Of a DNA stretch of 64,000 bases, positions 31,835 through 52,329 are shown piece after piece. Under the pieces are notes generated by a model that did not search any database, was not told the DNA's origin, and saw nothing but the letters and a program-made list of their open reading frames with translations. Origin of the DNA: the human T2T-CHM13v2.0 reference genome, Homo sapiens. The translations under genes and the position numbers were made by a program. The first letter of the stretch is position 1. Every line of letters begins with the position of its first letter. The stretch is from assembly GCF_009914755.1 (NCBI RefSeq), contig NC_060934.1. One strand, 5' to 3'.

Positions 31835-32147
31835 CTGTAAAAATAAAATAAGAGACCATGTATGTAGCAGTTTTTCATGGCTTTATATGCCTTTGCTGTC
31901 TGAAACACAGAAACGGGGCAAAGAGAAGTTTCAGACTCTCTATATAAACAATTCCGATTACATTGTAATAAATATTTTAACAGAAAGAATTGTAAAGAAA
32001 ATAATACCTGTCTTGAGGCAGATTTGGCAATACGGAGTAAATGCCTTGTAAATGCATATAATCCTCTGACACAATTCTGTTTCCATGAATTCATTTTTCC
32101 TCCTTCATCTCCCCATCCCTACCACTCCCGTTCCCCTCTCTCTCTGA

Positions 32148-32438
<291 letters not shown>

Positions 32439-32639
32439 TGACATGTTGGCCAGGCTGGTCTCCAACTCCTAACCTCAGGATCAACTGCCTCAGCTTTCCA
32501 AAGTGCTGGGATTACAGGCGTGAGCCACCACACCCAGCCTCATGCACTGGTTCTAAGTGCTGCAGAACGCTCCCTGGTACATTTCCCCCTGCCATCAAAA
32601 CAGAGACTAGCACATAAGAGGCATTCAGTAAGTATCTGA

Positions 32640-33910
<1,271 letters not shown>

Positions 33911-34486
33911 GCCCTGATTCTGCGGTGGCCTTGTTTGTACTATGTCAACTCACCTAAGCTGGAACTGTTTCCTAGAACCCCTTTCCATGTTGTTGCCCAC
34001 AGTAAACATTCAGAAGGCAGATGTGAACTAGTAGGGTTTTTTTAATGCTCTGAAGGGTGCCAGAAATGGTAACAGCTCGTGAACATTGCTGACCTTCTGG
34101 CTTAACTCAGAGTCTGGGGCAGGGCCGCAGCAACATCAGCTTCTGCTGGGTGCCTGTGTGCAGCTCCTCCGAGTCCTGGGGCAGGTGCATGTGCTTCAGA
34201 GCCAAAGCGGGAGACCAGCACTATTGAGGCCAGAAGAAGTGAGAGACAGAAGTGGGTTTCGGTCTGTCCTGCTGGGCTCTAGTGAGCCACTCTGCCTTCC
34301 AGTTTGTCTCTGTTCCCCTCCACTTCTCTTCCAGCTTTCCTTCCTGACTGCTGGCCGGGCTGACCTGTAGTAACTTCAAGCTGAATGTCAGAGACAACAG
34401 GAACAACCCTGCTGTTGTGACTGCTCTGCAGAGGGAGGACAAATCCCCTTCCCAATCAAAGGTCAGATGTGGAGGTGGATGATATC

Positions 34487-34570
34487 ATGCACACAAACAC
34501 ACGTGCACACACTATGTGTGCATACTCACACACGCATGCACATACACACACACGCGAGCACACACACGAC
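34487..34570. repeat. Degenerate (CA)n microsatellite
   Basis: cacacaaacacacgtgcacac...cacacacacacgcgagcacacacacg. Confidence 0.85.
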
Positions 34571-35546
34571 AGAGAATGAGAAGAAAACTTCAGTCACATC
34601 ACAGGATTTTCGGGGAGGGCAGTGCAGTCCCTGAGCTGAGGACAGAAGTGTTTCCTGTGGCTTAAGAGAGAGTAGGAGCAAGTAGCCCTGGTTTCCACTT
34701 TGGTGCGGGTTGGGCCTGGACATGCCTGGTTTGAACTTCGCTTTAGTGCTAAGGCAGGCATGGGCCTTTTTGTCAGCTTGCCCAAATGTGGGTAGGAGGG
34801 AGGCACTGGCTGTAAGCAGCTTAAGAGCAAACAGAAGCCTGGCACAGTGGTTCACACCTGTAATCCCAGCACTTGGGTGGCCGAGGCGGGAGGATCACCT
34901 GAGGGCAGGAGTACAAGACCAGCCTCGCCAACATGGCAAAACCCCATCTCTACTAAAAAATACAAAAATTAGCCAGGTATGGTGGTTCAGGCCTGTAATC
35001 CCCGCTACTAGGGAGGGGGAGGCAGGGAGAATTGCTTGAACCGGTTAGATGGAGGTTGCGGTGAGCTGAGATCACGCCTCTGCGCTCCAGCCTGTGACAA
35101 AGTGAGACTATCTCAAAAAAAGGAAAAAAAAAAATAGAAACAGACTCTTTGTGACACTGGGACAAACTGCTCTGCCAACTCCCACAATGATTTAAGAACT
35201 AATCCATGTAATGAACCCACATTCTGTTAAGTCATTGTGGTTCTCCTCAGATCAAGCACTGGGTGACAGGTTCTCGCAGTTTCTACTTCAGCTGGACGCT
35301 ATTTTGTCAGTTGCACATACATCCATATGACCCATGGCTCCTTTTAACAGTGACACCCTCTTCAAACCTTGTCTTTCTTTGCCTTCTAGTCTACTTTCTG
35401 ATATTAAAAACTGCCACTCTGACATTTTGGCCTTCTAATTGGTTAGTAATTTTTTCTTCTTCCCCCAAAATTTCAAATTTCAACCTATATTTATCCTTCT
35501 GTTTTATCTATGTCTCTTATAGACTAATACTCATGAATTTGTCTAA

Positions 35547-35867
<321 letters not shown>

Positions 35868-35879
35868 TGAGAATTTGTC

Positions 35880-36178
<299 letters not shown>

Positions 36179-36456
36179 GAGAATTTGTCTTTTGACCAAA
36201 GGTACAATTAGATCCTTTCTTATATATAGTAATATATAATTGGACTTTTTCTGCCTTCTTTGCATTTTCTATGCACCAGACGTTTTTCTCCCCTTGACTA
36301 CCTCACATTGGACAGATGCATTTTATTCTGCCAGACCGAAAGTTACCCATTCTATCTGTATTCTTCTAGCTGTCATCCCTTCCTTATGACAGACTGTAAT
36401 TTATGTTTATTTTTCTTACTCTATCCCACAATTTAAATAAAAGGATTTAGCAATTA

Positions 36457-36874
<418 letters not shown>

Positions 36875-36995
36875 CTAAAGACCTAGATAGATCCATTGCA
36901 CTCCAGCCTGGGCGACAGAGTAAGACTCCGTAACAAAAAAAAAAAAAAAAAATTAGCCGGGTGTGGTGGTACATGCCTGTAATCCCAGCTACTCA

Positions 36996-37109
<114 letters not shown>

Positions 37110-37606
37110 TCAATCAATCAATCAATCCCCCAGCAACCTCATAGCTCAGGAGGAATAAGTCTGAGGCGTATGTTTTACACTGGCTCCAGCAACTTCTCCA
37201 GTAGGAGTTAAGCTTCCATTACCTGCCACAGTATCCGACTGGATAACGTACTCTGTTGGGTTCCTCCCTGCCTTGCTGCTTCTTCCACCCCTTACCTATG
37301 GTTCTTTTCCTCCTGAATAACCTCCTTGTACTCCGAAGCCTTATCCCAGGATTGGCCTCTAGGTTCCCCCACCTAAGACAACATAATCCCAATGCTGCCA
37401 GGAATCTCTGCAGAAACAGCCTAAATGTTGATGAGTGAGGAAGGCAGTACTAACCTTTAAGATTTAAGAAGTCCCCTTCTTTGAGTTGTTTGACATCAGT
37501 GAGTCTTGAGTGCTTTGAGATCAACTAGATAACAGATCATTTTTATTTTAACTGCTTCTTCACTGATAAGTTTGTTTTGGCATCATTTCCAAGTTCTGAC
37601 CTTTAA

Positions 37607-37735
<129 letters not shown>

Positions 37736-38231
37736 TGAAGAGGAAATTAATGAATTTTACAATATGTAAAGCCAGAAAATTAACTTTCCCCTCTGGGCTT
37801 AGTATAATGTAGCACCGCCATAGTCTAAGTTAGAGAAGAATACTAACTGCCTGTTTTTCCTTCTGTGCTCTGAGAGACTTATCTGTTCTCACTACTTTCA
37901 CATTCCTTGAGGCTCAGTGAGTTCCTGCTTCACCTCCCTAGGGCAGCTGCAAAGTTACAAAGTTGATAAAGAAACATGGTTTCCCAGGGCTGTAGAACAT
38001 GTAGTATAGATAAATGTAAAAGACTGATCAACTGTCTTTGTTCTCGCTTCTGTAAGTACGCTTCCTGCATCACATAGCTCCCAGCCACTGACTGCTTAAA
38101 AGGTGGCTTCTTTCTTTGTCTGGTGCTCAGACTTTCTGGACCCTAGTCCTACTGAGCCAGTGATCACCTTAATAATAAAGGGCTCTCCTGAACTCTGTTC
38201 GGTCTCTCCCGTCTTTGATTGTCCCGCTACA
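37736..38231 (+). mobile_element. ERV1-class solo LTR (LTR15-like, family uncertain) inserted in an Alu
   Basis: TGAAG...CTACA termini, AATAAA near the 3' end, 4-bp TSD CTCC (37732-37735 and 38232-38235); the Alu resumes in register. Confidence 0.75.
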
Positions 38232-38679
38232 CTCCCACCTCAGCCTCCCAAGGAGCTGGGACTACAGGCACATGCCACCATGCCTGGCTAAATTTTTTTG
38301 TCTTTTTTGTAGATATGGGTTTCTGCTATGAACTCAAGTGATCCACTCACCCTGGCCTCCCAAAGTGCTGGGATTACAGGCATGAGCCACCACACCCCAC
38401 CCAAACTGATTATTTTATTGCAGTAAAGACAACCCTGATTTTAGTGCCACCCGTGATAGGCTGGCTTTTGCTAATAGTATTAGAACATCCTCAGTAGAAA
38501 AATTCTGTGAACCTGAGATCAAAGTCCAGTTTTTACAAGATCAAATATTGAGATTAATGATGTGCAAGAAATGTCAGGGCCAGAAGAGACCTGTAGAAAG
38601 AAATCTATTTTCTGACCTATTTAAAACAACTATCAAATTTTTATTGGCAGCACCGGGTAAGTAATAGTAGCTCCACTAA

Positions 38680-39012
<333 letters not shown>

Positions 39013-39123
39013 TAGTTAAATTTAGAGCACTAGCAATAGATAGTCTTAGAACAAGCAGAAGGTAGTTTTGTTCTTTCTCAAGTGGCAGAAGCAGACATGG
39101 GTTGTCAAAAGCAAAAGGAGGGT

Positions 39124-39446
39124 TTCATTAGTCCATTTTCACACTGCTAATAAAGATTTAATGGACTCAGTTTCATATGGCTGGGGAGGCCTCACAATCA
39201 TGGTGGAAGGCAAAAGGCACATCTTACATGGCAGCAGACAAGACAGAATGACAGCCAAGCAAAAGTGGAAGCCCTTTATAAAACCATCAGATCTTGTGCG
39301 ACTTATTCACTACCATGAGAACAGTATGGGGGAAACTGCCCCCATGATTCAGTTATTTCCCACCGGGTCCCTCCCACAACACGTGGGAATTATGGGAGCT
39401 ACAATTCAAGATGAGATTTGGGTGGGGACAAAGCCAAATCATATCA
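39124..39446 (-). mobile_element. THE1 solo LTR with TSD AGGGT
   Basis: GGCTGGGGAGGCCTCACAATCATGGTGGAAGGC...ATTCAAGATGAGATTTGGGTGGGGAC...ATATCA; TSD at 39119-39123 and 39447-39451. Confidence 0.88.
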
Positions 39447-39459
39447 AGGGTAAAGGAAA

Positions 39460-39970
39460 GAATTAACAGGGTAGAGCTGAGATTGCTGTCTTTAGAAAGG
39501 CAGGCTGCCAGGGCTGGCCCTCCACTGGCACTGGGCAACTGAGATCTCAGGGGTGTTCTCACCATTCCTGATAAGAGTGGCTCACACTGCTTAACACATG
39601 TGTACAAACAATCTGATTTATGTCACTCTCCTGAGAGCCTGAAATTTTGGTACATGCTAGGCAGCGGGTACCTATGTAACCAGCCCCAAATAAAAACCCT
39701 GGCCACTGAGTCTCTAACAAGCTTTCTTGGTGGACACCATTTCACGTGTTGTCACAACTTGGTTCAGGAGGAACTGAGCATGGCCTGTGTGATTCCACTG
39801 GGACAGGACTCTTGGAACCTTGAGCGTTGTTTCCTCTGGAGCTCACGCTATGCTCCTTCTCCTTTTGCTCATTTGCTTTGGATCTTTTCACTGTAATACA
39901 TCATAGCCACAAGTCCAGTGAGCCCTCCTCTTAAACCATCAAATCTGGGGCTCATGTTGGGGACCCCAGA
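39460..39970 (+). mobile_element. MER21-like ERV LTR
   Basis: CCTATGTAACCAGCCCCAAATAAAAACCCTGGCCACTGAGTCTCTAA...CATTTCACGTGTTGTCACAACT. Confidence 0.65.
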
Positions 39971-41956
39971 TGTGCAGAGCATAATGAGTTGTTCACTAGA
40001 GTGCATCAAAGTACAATCATAAGCAAGATTAGTATCAGAGCAAAGGAAAGCTGAGGTCAGCTAGGGCTCACAGGCAGAAGCAATCTGCCACTAGCAGGCC
40101 TTGGCTCAATGCAAGGGACTCAGGTCAACTCTCCTCTACTGTCTGCAGATCTCCTACAGGAAATGGATGTCTGGTGCAAGGGGAAGATGGTGTATATTTT
40201 TTATGTTTAGCTTTATTCATTTATTTTTTTGAGACAGAGTCTCACTGTGTCACGCAGGCTTGAGTGCAGTGGCACAATCTCTGCTCACTGCAAACTCCAC
40301 CTCCTGGATTCAAGTGATTTCATGCCTCAGCCTCCTGAGTAGCTGGAACTACAGGCAGGCACCACCACGCCCGGCTAATTTTTGTATTTTTAGTAGAGAC
40401 AGGGTTGCTCCATGTTGGCCAGGCTGGTCATGAACTCCTGACCTCAAATGATCCACCCGCCTCAGCCTCCCAAAGTGTGGAGATTACAGGCATGAGCCAA
40501 CATGCCCGACGATGTATATTTTTTTTAAATCAGGAAACATGAGTTTAAGACTTAATCCCTTGGGGACCATGTGCGGTGGCTCACGCCTATAATCCCAGCA
40601 TTTTGGGAGGCCAAGGAGAGAGGATTGCTTGAAGACAGGAGTTTGAGGCCAGGTGTTCAAGGCCAGCCTGGGCAACATAGTGAGACTCTCTCTACAAAAA
40701 ATATAAAAATTAACTGGGCATGGTGGTGTACACCTGTAGTCCTAGCTACTCAGAAGGCTGAGGCAGGAGGATCCCCTGAGCCAAGGAGTTGGAGGCTGCA
40801 GTGAACTATGACTGCCCTACTACACTCCAGTCTAGGTGGCAGAAAAAGACCCTGTGTCTTAAAAAAGGAAAAAAAATAAGACTCAGCCCCTTGAAGCGCT
40901 GCTGCTGTGTCAGCTCCTAAAAGTCCCCAATAAGCTCTTATCTATCAAGGCTTAGTGCAGTTTTTTAATCTGGTATCTTTTCCAGCATCCGCAACGTGGC
41001 TTCCCACTGGTCCCAGGGTACCCAGTCCAGTGCAAATAGTTGGCTGGGTCCTTGATTGCAGAAGGACTGCCAATAAGAAAGTTCTGAACAGTTTTTTGTC
41101 CATGATATCAGTTCCTCAGCCTTGCAAATCTAGACAACACCTGTGTACATGGAAAGTGGAAAGTTCAGGGCCAATTTCACCTTTGTAGCTATTGGCACCC
41201 CTGTTCTCAGAGGCCGCATCCATATTACATGCAATATATAAAAATGTCCCAACTCTACTCTCTCAAAAGAATTTTTTTTTTTTGAGAGTCTCGCTCTGTT
41301 GCCCAGGCTGGAGTACAGTGGCGCAATCTTGGCCACTGCAACCTCTGCCGCCCAGAGTCAAGTGATTCTCCTGCCTCAGCCTCCCGAGTAGCTGGGATTA
41401 CAGGTGTATGCCACTAAACTGAGCTAATTTTTGTATTTTTAGTAGAGATGGAGTTTCACCATGTTGGCCAGGCTGGTCTCAAACTCCTGACCTCAAGTGA
41501 TCCATCCGCCTCGGCCTCCCAAAGTGCTGGGATTACAGGCGTGAGCCACCACGCCCGGCAAAAGTCTGTTTTCTTATACCTTCCACCAGATTAAGAGCTC
41601 ACAGAGGCAAAAACCTACCATGTCTTTGTACCTCTTAGTGCTCTACTTCTAGTGTGGATGGGTAAATAAGCAAATGAATAGATCATCCATTCTACTCATT
41701 ACTAACAAAAGACAATTCTGTTATTAAAACTTTAATAGAGCCCTATTAAAGGGAAGATGAATTTATTACCAGAAAGAACTGGAAAAAATTAGATACTTTT
41801 TTTTTTTTTCATTTGGAAGTGACAAATGCTCAAAAGAACATTCAGGCTGGGTGCGGTGGCTCACGCCTCTAATCCCAGCACTTTGGGAGGCCGAGGCAGG
41901 CGGATCACCTGAGGTCAGGAATTTGAGACCAGACTGGGCAACACCGTTAAACCTCA

Positions 41957-42407
41957 TGTGATTACTAGTACTAAGTGTCAACTTGACTGGATTGAAGGAT
42001 GCAAAGTATTGTTCCTGGCTGTGTCTGTGAGGGTGTTGACAAAGGAGATTAACAGGGAAGTCAGTGAACTGGGAAAGGCAGACCCACCCTCAATCTGGGT
42101 GAGCACCATCTAATCGGCTGCCAGCGTGGCTAGAATATAAACAGGCAGAAAAATGTGAAAAGGCTGGACTAGCCTAGCCTCCCAGACTCCATCTTTCTCC
42201 CATGCTGGATGCTTCCCGCCCTTGAACATCAGACTCCAATTTCTTCAGTTCTGGGACTCTGACTGGCTTCCTTGCTCCTCAGCCTGCAGATGGCCTATTG
42301 TGAGACCTCACGTTGTCATATGTAAGTCAATTCTCCTTAATAAACTCCCCTTTATACATACATCTATCCTATTAGTTCTGTCCCTCTAGAGAACCCTGAC
42401 TAATACA
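41957..42407 (+). mobile_element. MLT2A (HERV-L) solo LTR inserted in an Alu
   Basis: TGTGATT...GTGTCAACTTGACTGGATTGAAGGATGCAAAGTATTG...GTTCTGTCCCTCTAGAGAACCCTGACTAATACA; 5-bp TSD CCTCA/CCCCA. Confidence 0.9.
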
Positions 42408-42883
42408 CCCCATCACTACTAAAAATACAAAAAAAAAAAAAAAATGAGCTATGCATCGTGGAGGGCGCCTGTAGTCCCAGCCACTCAGGAGAGAGGCAGG
42501 AAAATCACTTGAACCCGGGAGGCAAAGGTTCCAGTAAACTGAGATCACACCACTGCACTCCAGCCTGGGCGACAGAGTGAGACTCAGTTTCAAAAAAAAA
42601 AAAAAAAAAAGAAAAACATCGCACAGGGAATTCTATAACTTGTTTTTCAAAGTGCTACATGCATTAAGTTTCTCACTAGCGGTTTATTCTTGGCCAGGAG
42701 GTGATTTCCGAAATGCTTCTCAAAAGGCAACAAAATCAGAAAGTTCTTAAATTCTGAGAAGTGTGGTAATGAAATCTGGCCCCATATTTCTGCCTCCAGC
42801 AAAAAACAACTTCCTTAATTCTGACACCTATCAATAAAGAAAAGTTTTTTGTTTTCTTTTTTTTAGACAGTCTTACTTTGTAG

Positions 42884-43030
<147 letters not shown>

Positions 43031-43384
43031 TAGAGATGGGGTTTCACCATGTTGGCCAGGCTGGTCTTGAACTCCTGACCTAAAGCGATCCACCTGCCTC
43101 GGCCTCCCAAAGTGCTAGAATTACAGGCCTGAACCGCTGCAGCCTACCAGTGAAAAGTATTTAACTCATGTAGCAATTTTACTTATTGTGGATTTTATAA
43201 CTAGTAGGAAAAATGACTAGAAATCCATGGTTCCCTAATTTTTAAGGCACATATTTGAATTTCTGGACTGACTGAATTGAGATAAAGGGTGACTGTAAAG
43301 GGCAAATCCTTTGATGACTTCAAATCTAGGCATATCAGCAAGATCATTTCCTTTCTTATCATTATTTACAATATATATAGTAAG

Positions 43385-43518
43385 AGAGTGCAAGGGAGGG
43401 ATTGGATAGGCAGAGAAACAGAAAGAAGAAGAGAAGGAGGAGAGAGGAAGAAGAAAAAGGAGAAGAAAGAGGGGGAGGAGAAGAAAAAAGAAGAGGAAGA
43501 GAAGGCAGAGAGAAGAGG
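43385..43518. repeat. GA-rich polypurine tract
   Basis: agaaagaagaagagaaggaggagagaggaagaagaaaaaggag... Confidence 0.85.
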
Positions 43519-43522
43519 TGAT

Positions 43523-43912
43523 GTCTTAGTCTATGCTGCTATAACAGGTTACCCAAGACCGGGTAATTTATAACGAACGGAAGTCTATTGGCTCACAGTT
43601 TTGAAGGCTGGGAAGTCCAGTATGAAGGCACCTGCAGTTTGGGCATTCTCATTGCAAGATGGTACTTTGAACGTGCGTCCTCCAGATGGGAAGAAGGCTT
43701 TGTCTTTGTCTTCATAGGGTGGAAGAGGAAAGGGCAAAAAGAGAGAGGGCAGGAAGGGGCTGAACTGACCCTTTTATAAGGGCATTAATCCCACCCATGA
43801 AGGCAGAGCCCTCACCATCTAATAGTTTTCCCAAGGGTCCTATCTCTTAATATTACAAAGGCAATTAAATTTCAACATGAGTTTTGAAGGAGACAAATGT
43901 TCAAACTATAGC
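43523..43912 (-). mobile_element. MaLR LTR (MSTC/MLT1A-like)
   Basis: TGTCTTAGTC...GCTGCTATAACA...GGCTCACAGTTTTGAAGGCTGGGAAGTCCA...CAAACTATAGCA. Confidence 0.75.
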
Positions 43913-44636
43913 AGGTAGGGAGAAAGGAAGGAAGAAGGAGGGGGAGGGAAAAGAGACTGATGGGTTAGGAGGAACTTTAGCAAAAGAATCAGCTCTGCCA
44001 GGTGGAAAGGGAAACTACCAGGAGAGAAAGAGGTGGGGGAAGGAACCTCCTAGAGGAAAGGGCAGACTCCACCATTTTTTTTTTTTCTTTTTTTTTTTTT
44101 TTTTGAGACGGAGTCTCGCTCTGTCACCCAGGCTGGAGTGCAATGGCAAGATCTTGGCTCACTGCAACCTCCGCCTCCCAGGTTCAAGCAATTCTCCTGG
44201 GTTCAAGAGATTCTCCTGCCTCAGCCTTCCAAGTAGCTGGGATTACAGGCTCCCACCACCATGCCTGGCTAATTTTTGTATTTTTAGTAGAGACGGGGTT
44301 TCGCCATGTTGCCCAGTCTGACCTTGAACTCCTGACCTCAGGTGATCTGCCCACCTCGGCCTCCCAGAGTACTGGGATTACAGGAGTAAGCCACTGCACC
44401 CAGCCGACTCTACCCTTTTTGAACATTATTAGAACTTCTTTGATGGGCAAGAAAGGATACTAAGGAACTCCGAAAGGAAATACAATGAAGAAGGAAGGAT
44501 AAGGCCCTACTGGGATCTGAGGCCTTCACAGCAGGACCCACATGATGATGAGAGAAGACTGTCCCTTTGCAGGGTGAGCTGAGGCTGGAAGTGGTCTATG
44601 GCCCAGCCACTTTGTTCTTGCAGGTGTGCTCTGTGA

Positions 44637-45107
<471 letters not shown>

Positions 45108-45252
45108 TAGCAGAGAAGGCAGTGGTGAGTTGGGGAGAGGCATTCTAGGAGCATAGAGAAGCAAAGTTAGAGAAAAGGAAGCCACGGACCAGAGAAAGCC
45201 CGGTATAGTCGGAGTGTGACTTCCAAATCCCGAGGCTGGTGCCAAACAGCAC

Positions 45253-45628
45253 TGTATTCGGCTGTTCTTGCTTTGCTATAAAGAAATACCTGTGACCGGG
45301 TAATTTATGAGAAAAGAGACTTACTGGCTCCTGGTTCTGCAGTCTATACAGAAAGGGTAGCTCTGGCATCTGCTTCTAGGGAGGCCTCCAGAAGCCTTGA
45401 CTCATGGGGGAAGGGGAAGTAGGAAAAGGCACGGGTCACACAGCGAAAGCAGGAGCAAAAGAGAAAGCTGGATGGGGAAGTGCCATAGCTTTCGAAGGAC
45501 CGGATCTCATGAGAACTCACTATCTCTGAGACAGCACCAAGCCACGTGGGATCCGCCCCCTTGACCAAAACACCTCCCACCAGGCCCCACCTCCAGCAGG
45601 GGGGATGACATTTACCCAAACTATATCA
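45253..45628 (-). mobile_element. MST (MaLR) solo LTR
   Basis: TGTATTCGGCTGTTCTTGCTTTGCTATAAAGAAATACCTG...CCAAACTATATCA; flanks AGCAC/AGCGC. Confidence 0.82.
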
Positions 45629-46181
45629 AGCGCCATCTCCTGTGCTCCAAGTTTTCTTCCCAGTCAAAAGCATTTTACGCTATCTTCTCGGGGCTCTGCA
45701 TTGGGACGCCATGGGGAAGCACAGAGGTAGATCTGGCTCTTGGGGAGAAAGGGGAGCATGGGCAAATGGTGTGCCATTTCCACCTTAGAAAAAGATCAAA
45801 TCACAGAGCGTCAAACAAAAAGAGCCTGAGGTTTTGTAGCCTGACACTCTCCACTGTCTCCTTTCATTGCTCATGTTCTCATTGAATCTCACACCAATCT
45901 CGCGAGGCAGCTGAAGAAACCCAGGCCCAGAATGGTGTGTGGTTTACCCATGGCCTCCCAGGGGCTGAGTGATTCTAGATGTTAGCCCAGCACCCCACAG
46001 CTGTATATGCCTGCAATGAGAAACCAGCAAAGGAAACTGCACACGACCTGCTAAGAAGGTCCTGGCCCAGACGCTGATTAACTGTACGTTTAAGTCACAT
46101 TATTGTCTTTACATTTAACTGTGGTTATAGCTATTTCCTGGAGGTCAAATCCTCTAAGAATTTTTATTTATTTATTTTTTA

Positions 46182-46492
<311 letters not shown>

Positions 46493-46802
46493 TCACTCTT
46501 GCCCATGCTGGAGTGCAGTGCCACAACCACAGCTCACTGCAGCCTCAAACTCCTGGGCTCAAGACATCCTCCCCTCCTTGGCCTCCTGAGTAGCTGGGAC
46601 TACAGGTGCATACCACTGTGCCTAATTTTTAAAAATTTTTGTAGGGATTGGGGGGCCTTGCTATGTTGCCCAGGCTGGTCTCGAACTCCTGGGATCAAGC
46701 AATCCTCCCTCCTCAGCCTCCCAAAGTTCTAGGATTACAGCCTCTCAGAATTTTTTAAAGCAAGAATTGTAGGCCAGACGCAGTGGCTCACACCTGTAAT
46801 CA

Positions 46803-47601
<799 letters not shown>

Positions 47602-47993
47602 TCACATCAGAGGCCTAACCGATAGCTAGATGGCTTCCTAGATGAAACACGACCCATTTCTTGTGAGCTATCCACAGGCAGCAGAGTGTCTGAGATGAAG
47701 GAATAGTATAGGAAATCTCATATTGCTGGTAGAACTTGCCTGAATTCTCTACGTATGGGGATGGGAGGCATTAAACTTTTACAGCCTTATCAATGTAAGC
47801 TCTGTTCTTTATGTAACTGGCAGCGACTTCAGCCAGGAATAAGAATAGCCAAGTGTTCTCTATACTGCCAACACAAAGAGCCACAGGCCAGGAACGCTGC
47901 CTGGATGAACCAGGAAAAACCCTGCTCCAGCCCTCAGGGCAGACTGCAGGTGCTTGCGAATCTTGGGCTTGGGGTTGGAGGCTGCCCAACACC

Positions 47994-48739
47994 CTGGGAA
48001 CCCACTTCTTGCATTAGTGTGACCCAGATGCAAGACATGGAATCAAAGGAGATCACTTTGGAGTTTTAAGATTTGACCGCCCTGTTGGATTTTGGACTGG
48101 CATGGGGCCTGTAGCCCCTTTGTTTTGGCCAATTTCTCCCATTTGGAACTGCTGTATTTACCCAATGCCTGTACCCCATTGTATCTAGGAAGTAACTAAC
48201 TTGCTTTTGATTTTACAGGCTGATAGGCGGAAGGGACTCACCTTGTCTCAGATAAGATGTTGGACTGTGGACTTCTGAGTTAATGCTGAAATGAGTTAAG
48301 ACTTTGGGGGACTGTTAGGAAGGCATGATTGGTTTTGAAATGTGAGGACATAAGATTTGGGAGGGGTCCAGGGTGGAATAATACTGTATCCCCACCGAAA
48401 TTTCATCTCGAATTGTAACTCCCACAATTCCCACGTGTTATGCGAGAAACCCAGTGAGAGGTGGTTGAATCAGGGGGATGGGTCTTTCCTGTGCTATTTT
48501 TGTGTTAGTGAATGAGTCTCATGAGATCTGACAGTTTTAAAAACGGGAGTTCCCCTGTGCAAACTCTCTCTTTGCCTGCTGCCATCCGTGTAAGATGTGA
48601 CTTGCTTCTCCTTGCCTTCCACCATGATTGTGAGGCCTCCCCAGCTATGTGGCACTGTAAGTCTGTGAAACCCTTTTCCAGTATAAATTACCCAGTCTCG
48701 GGTATGTTTTTATTAGCAGCATGAAAACGGACTAACGCA
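47994..48739 (+). mobile_element. THE1 internal 3' fragment plus 3' LTR (~48379-48739)
   Basis: GGAAGTAACTAACTTGCTTTTGATTTTACAGGC internal motif, purine tract GGGAGGGGTCCAGGGTGGAA, LTR CCTTCCACCATGATTGTGAGGCCTCCCCAGC...GGACTAACGCA. Confidence 0.85.
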
Positions 48740-50399
48740 GAGACATTGCAGGGGAAACAGCAGGGACGTGTTAAAACTCACTGGGAGGGCATGTGGGAGA
48801 ATTGATGAAATATAGGTTCCAAGAGCATGGATCAGTCATTTGGGCTGTTAGTACCAGTACTGCCCTGAATTCTTGCAAATATATTCAGCATCTTGACTGG
48901 GAATTGCACCTCAGGCTGGGTGCAGTGGTTCACGCTTGTAATACCAGCGCTTTGGGAAGCTAAAGCAGGAGAACTGCTTGAAGTCAGGAATTCGAGACCA
49001 GCCTGGGCAACATAGAGAGACCCCCATCTCCAAAAAGAAATTTTTAGAATTAGGCAGGTGTGGTGGTGTGCACCTCTAGTCCTAGTTACTCGGGAGGCTG
49101 AGGTGGGAAGATTGCTTGAGCCTGGGAAGTTGAAGCTGCAGTGAGCTATGATAGCACCCCTGCACGCCAGTCTGAGTGACAGAGGAAGACTATGTCTCTC
49201 TAAAAAAAAAGGGAATTGCAACTCAAAGAAAAGCTAGTTTAAAAATCTCCCTAGAAGACTGCATGTGTGGCTGGGTGCCATGGCTCATGCCTGTAATCCC
49301 AGCACTTTGGGAGGCCAAGGCAGGTAGATCACCTGAGGTCAGGAGTTCGAGACCAGCCTGGCCAACACCCTGAAACCCCATCTCTACTAAAAATACAAAA
49401 TTAGCTGAGTGTGGTGATGCATGCCTGTAATTCCAGCTACTTGGGAGGCTGAGGCAGGAGAATCACTTCAACCTGGGAGGCGGAGGTTGCAGTGAGCCGA
49501 GATTGTGCCACTGCACTCCAGCCTGGACAATAAGAGGAAAACTTTGCCTCAAAAAAAAAGAGAAGATTGCATTTGTAGGCGACTTTTGAGATGCTGAACT
49601 AGCACCCTTTCTCCATGATTGTATCTTTACTCATTGTAAGCATACGGACAGCTGCTGCTGGAAAGAGGCCTGTCTGTATTTTAGCTAAGAGTCCCCCAGA
49701 AGAAGGCAACATTTCAGGAGGTGGCCAACAGCAAGACTGTGCAGTCGTCAGTTTGGAAGACAAGGCCCCACAGGGAGAAGTCTGTATCCCCTAAGAAGGG
49801 CATCACTTACGATGATTTGTTAAGCAAAACTGATCCTCATCTTATGAGGAATCAAAAAGGTCCCCTGTGCCAAGGTAGGTACCCTTTCTGCCATCTTTAG
49901 CTCACTTTGCTTCTGAACCCCTGAACCTCACAGTTCCCACAAAAGCCTGTGCTTGGGTGGTCTTTTAGAGTGGTCTCACCTCCTAAGTCTCAGACTTTGA
50001 AATTTCACCTTTCCATTGCAGCCATCACACACTTTCCCCATGCCCCATTCCTTCTCTCCTATGGACTTACTCTTTGTCCCCATGACAACTTCCAGTCCTG
50101 GGGCCTCTTTTTCCCCAGAAAGTGGAGCCCTCTCCTGCTGTCCCTTTGTCACTCCCCAGTCATAATCCCATTACACCCTTTCTCTTTATGGGGCACCCTC
50201 AATTCTCTTTCCCCTTTGGTTTCTGTCCTTCCAACCTGCCAGTCTCATGCTTGGGTCAACCCATCTGTTCACCATCTTTGTTTCTGAGCCTATCCTCATT
50301 GCCACAGAAGATCAAGAAAGCTGGCTGACACCAGTGGTGAAAGATACAGATTTCAGTCACAGCTATTGGCAACTGTGGATTTAGCCTTTCCAGTTGCTC

Positions 50400-52060
<1,661 letters not shown>

Positions 52061-52143
52061 AGAGTATGCACAACTCCCAACCCCTGAATGGTACCAGGCA
52101 CAAATACAACAAATACACATGGTATTTTTCTTTTTTCTTTTGA

Positions 52144-52329
<186 letters not shown>

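Noticed and set aside
43289-43573. Glu/Lys/Arg-rich ORF
   Set aside because: Translation of a GA-rich low-complexity tract
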